Both the position numbers and the translations under genes were made by a program. From Schmidtea polychroa (taxonomy: Eukaryota), in the NCBI GenBank assembly GCA_044892525.1, contig CM097885.1, positions 48,734,001-48,798,000 of the forward strand: DNA of 64,000 nt, read 5' to 3'. The notes beneath the pieces are model-generated. The model was not told the DNA's origin. It made no database searches and saw nothing but the letters and a program-made list of their open reading frames with translations. This document shows, in pieces, positions 36,401 to 64,000 of this stretch; the first letter of the stretch is position 1, and every line of letters begins with the position of its first letter.

Positions 36401-37229
36401 TTGTAAAATCGATTAATGTATTTTCTAAAATAATAATTAACAAATCGATTTATTTATTAATATTATTTTTATATTTATGAAATACATAGATTAAAGAATA
36501 AATTAGTTTACTTAGCTAATGCAAATATTATTTAATAAAAATAGGCAGGCGATGTACAATTCTTAATTTGAACATTTAGATCAAAAGGGGAAGCAGTTTT
36601 GCGAACGATACCCTCCTGAAAGTCAGCGAATTGCTTCATTGCCGTATTTGCGAGGAACGGGCATGGTATCCATCAGATAAATTGGCACCAATTGTTGACC
36701 CATATGCCAATCTATTGCAATGCAATTGCCACAAAACAACTGCTGGGAAAACCGGTGTCAAACTTGGCCCTTTCTGGTGACTGGAATTTTATTTTATAGT
36801 ATAACTCTATAACGTCAACTGATTCAGGAATGGAAACCTTTGTGATTATGAGTTGGTAGAGAAAATTATCAACGGGGAAAATTTCCCAAAACGATCGAAA
36901 GAATTTCAATCGATAATGAGATTGATTTACGAGGAAATCATCTCATTTAAAGTCGGCGAATCTCTTAACGGGGTTCCAGATTTTGAAATTCCCAGTTTTT
37001 ATTATTATATCAAAAATATGAATGTGGGAAATCGATGGCCAAAGTTCCCTAGTGGTTTTTTGGTTTGATTATTGATTTTTTGTTTTGTAGATTTGAAAAG
37101 GTTATTGCTTTCATCCGATCTCAGGGATTCCACGCCTCTCGGACACAATTCGACCCAGATGCTATCAGAACGAACGCAACGCTCGGGCAAATGAAGGAGA
37201 TTATTTATAAAATGATCAATAATAAATAA
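12426..37229 (+). CDS. TRMT1L: TRMT1-like tRNA (guanine-N2)-methyltransferase, 6 exons, 420 aa
   Basis: Exons 12426-12844, 12892-13104, 13148-13226, 36580-36776, 36828-37043 and 37091-37229 total 1263 nt. All introns are GT-AG with compatible phases; the last donor GTTCCC is weak. Motifs LDAFSASG, IHMDPFG, TEYVKELA, AARSAAKCNKG, LLHCRICEER, CNCH, LGPFW, PSFYY, ASRTQFDPDAIRTNA. Intron 3 is 13227-36579 (23.35 kb). Confidence 0.88.
13590..14420. repeat. Six diverged ~150-bp tandem repeat units
   Basis: Core GTTCTCATTGGCGGACTGAGTACTCATCC or variants at ~13609, 13761, 13909, 14056, 14207 and 14365. The intervening sequence is also homologous between units. Confidence 0.85.
16170..16810. repeat. 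Outer subterminal AT-rich tandem array (~29-30 bp units) plus conserved block, left arm
   Basis: Repeated AAAGTAAATTA(A/T)GG(T/G)(T/C)C...; mirrored at ~31195-31835. Confidence 0.75.
17044..21424 (-). CDS. polB: Protein-primed DNA polymerase B (Polinton/adintovirus type), copy 1; 1282-aa ORF plus spliced 78-aa N-terminal extension (1360 aa)
   Basis: Main ORF 20892-17044; exons 21424-21370, 21313-21257, 21210-21148 and 20951-17044. Exonuclease motifs YADFEA, FHNLKGYD, YLKLD; polymerase motifs GIRGG, YTDINNLYG, KLLNNSLYGK, GDTDS, RPKCY, KAKGV. Confidence 0.95.
22950..23820. repeat. Inner tandem array of ~23-29 bp AT-rich units, left arm
   Basis: Many copies of AAATTTTAGACC(T/A)TAATTTACTTAATTG and variants. 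Confidence 0.9.
23873..24151. other. 279-bp axial cassette bounded by internal copies of the element terminus; imperfect hairpin
   Basis: AGTAGGTAGATAG (23873-23885) ... CTATCTACCTACT (24139-24151). Inner inverted repeat 23920-23952 / 24042-24074; C-run/G-run at ~24095-24119. Confidence 0.85.
24200..25055. repeat. Inner tandem array, right arm (inverted counterpart)
   Basis: Many copies of CAATTAAGTAAATTA(A/T)GGTCTAAAATTT; unit order differs from the left array. Confidence 0.9.
26581..30961 (+). CDS. polB: Protein-primed DNA polymerase B (Polinton/adintovirus type), copy 2; 1282-aa ORF plus spliced 78-aa N-terminal extension (1360 aa)
   Basis: Main ORF 27113-30961; exons 26581-26635, 26692-26748, 26795-26857 and 27054-30961. 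Same catalytic motifs as copy 1, with three amino-acid differences. Confidence 0.95.
32350..33050 (-). pseudogene. hAT transposase C-terminal remnant
   Basis: SIPLTSVEPERVFSGCGKTVTKIRSS*SDTTTDIL matches the hAT dimerisation-domain motif; ORF 33050-32691 lies upstream. Confidence 0.75.
33390..33890 (-). pseudogene. Disrupted ubiquitin-like + calponin-homology (CH2-type) gene fragment
   Basis: WKVKDLKEAASKSYGISKEQIMF/NDKELKDNNQL followed by YPNVSIQNVSTPWKNGLAFNALIRKLKPHLI...AFKTT*I*FGIPSLLDAKDI. Confidence 0.65.
34850..35450 (-). mobile_element. Tc1-like transposase N-terminal remnant
   Basis: ORF 35350-35156 MSKISEEIKELIV...TISYIWRKY...SGRP resembles a paired-like HTH with a GRP motif; broken downstream. 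Confidence 0.6.
35516..35802 (-). mobile_element. Possible short non-autonomous Helitron
   Basis: Minus strand begins A|TCTCTCTATATAT and ends with an imperfect GC hairpin then CTAG. The 3' flank base is C, not the expected T. Confidence 0.3.
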
Positions 37230-38198
37230 ATTTGTATTTTATTTTACTATTTTCGTTAATAAAACTCTCCAATGGTAAGCTCTGACGTCATGAAATTTGT
37301 ATATGTTTTTCTATCTGCTATGACAGGATCAGCGGACTTATTTTCAGTTTTATAAAATATAATCCAATTATAGAAGGTCCAATGAAATGGCAACCAATCA
37401 AGTGTTATCATTCCTGGAACCAATGATGAGGATTCAGTAATGTTTGTATGGGAAATTGAAAACTGGAACGGGTATTCACAAACTTTGGACTATCTAGGCC
37501 AGTTTCTGTCAAATTGTCTGCCGTGAAATATTTAGGATAATTTTAATCTACAATTGAAAAAATTAGCCAGCAAGCATAAAGATCGGAAATTTACCACCTA
37601 TAAGACAAAGTACATGTGGACGTGTTTGTACTTGAGGGCGAATATACAAATTGCTCGTTTGCGAGATTCTAGTTTACCGTTTATAACTCAAAATTATATC
37701 TGGCCATCAATTACATCCTTCTTATTAATAATATTATCTCTGCATATTTTCAATATGTGTGCATTATATCTCAATAAAATAATATAAAGATTTTTATTAT
37801 TACACTAAAGAATTAATAAAAAAGTTTGGCAGACACTGATCTAGACCAATATTAGAAGGTGTAAACAGTCTAATATTGAAATAATCACACAATCAATTTT
37901 TCGTTTTTTACAAGAAACTAAATAATTGTATATCTAGGCTTAACTTTTCAAAATTTTATTTTTTAATTATATGCTGGATTTTTTACTTTTGATGGGTTAT
38001 GATCAGGCTAAGTTCCAAGTTTATTCGTTTTGATCTTACATTTGATGTTAAAATACCTTTCCGTTATTTTCTTTAAGCATTTTTCAATTGATTTCCAATG
38101 ACAGTGTCGAAAATTCGTCAATATCAAAGAACATTTATATTTTTATTGATTCATATTCAATTTTTATTAAATATAATCTCAATTAAAAATGAAAAGAA

Positions 38199-38237
<39 letters not shown>

Positions 38238-38389
38238 CTGGATGATATTTTTCTTTTATATTTCTCATTTAAATGCATGACAATAGCTGCAAATTTATTT
38301 AAAAATATAAAAATTTTGAAATAATGAAATTCCAAAACCATAAATTTAATATTACATAAATGATTAAAACATAAAGTCATATTAAAATA

Positions 38390-63880
<25,491 letters not shown>

Positions 63881-64000
63881 CTATAATTAAAATTTTTATC
63901 AACGACTTAGTGGTATAATTAATATTTAGAAATTTTGTTACTCATTAAAAATTTGGAAATTTGAAAATTTTAATTGAGTTACATAACAAAAAACTAAAAG

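Overview
This is an AT-rich, transposon-dense animal genomic window. Short 43-56 bp introns and long (AAT)n tracts fit a flatworm-like genome, but the host is only inferred. Two intact spliced host genes converge: a 6-exon TRMT1L/Trm1-family tRNA methyltransferase (+, 12426-37229) and the 3' nine exons of an Inactive/OSM-9-type TRPV channel (-, 63880-38390). The main feature lies in TRMT1L intron 3: a 16.3-kb element (15838-32165) with Polinton-type AGTAG...CTACT ends and a perfect 6-bp target-site duplication (CCCCGC). It is one giant palindrome. Its only recognisable gene is a protein-primed DNA polymerase B, present as two intact divergent copies, each with three in-frame spliceosomal introns. 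No integrase, capsid, ATPase or adenain-type maturation protease gene is visible. At its axis is a 279-bp cassette bounded by extra copies of the terminus, the structure expected if an 8.3-kb monomer self-primed from a terminal hairpin. The left edge holds an LTR retroelement whose single open frame runs Gag, two ubiquitin-like domains, a Bcl-2-like domain and a chuvirus-like glycoprotein. The rest is decayed Gypsy, hAT, Tc1, pogo, Helitron and piggyBac-type elements, gene fragments (HSP70, UBL-CH, Rab1) and microsatellites.
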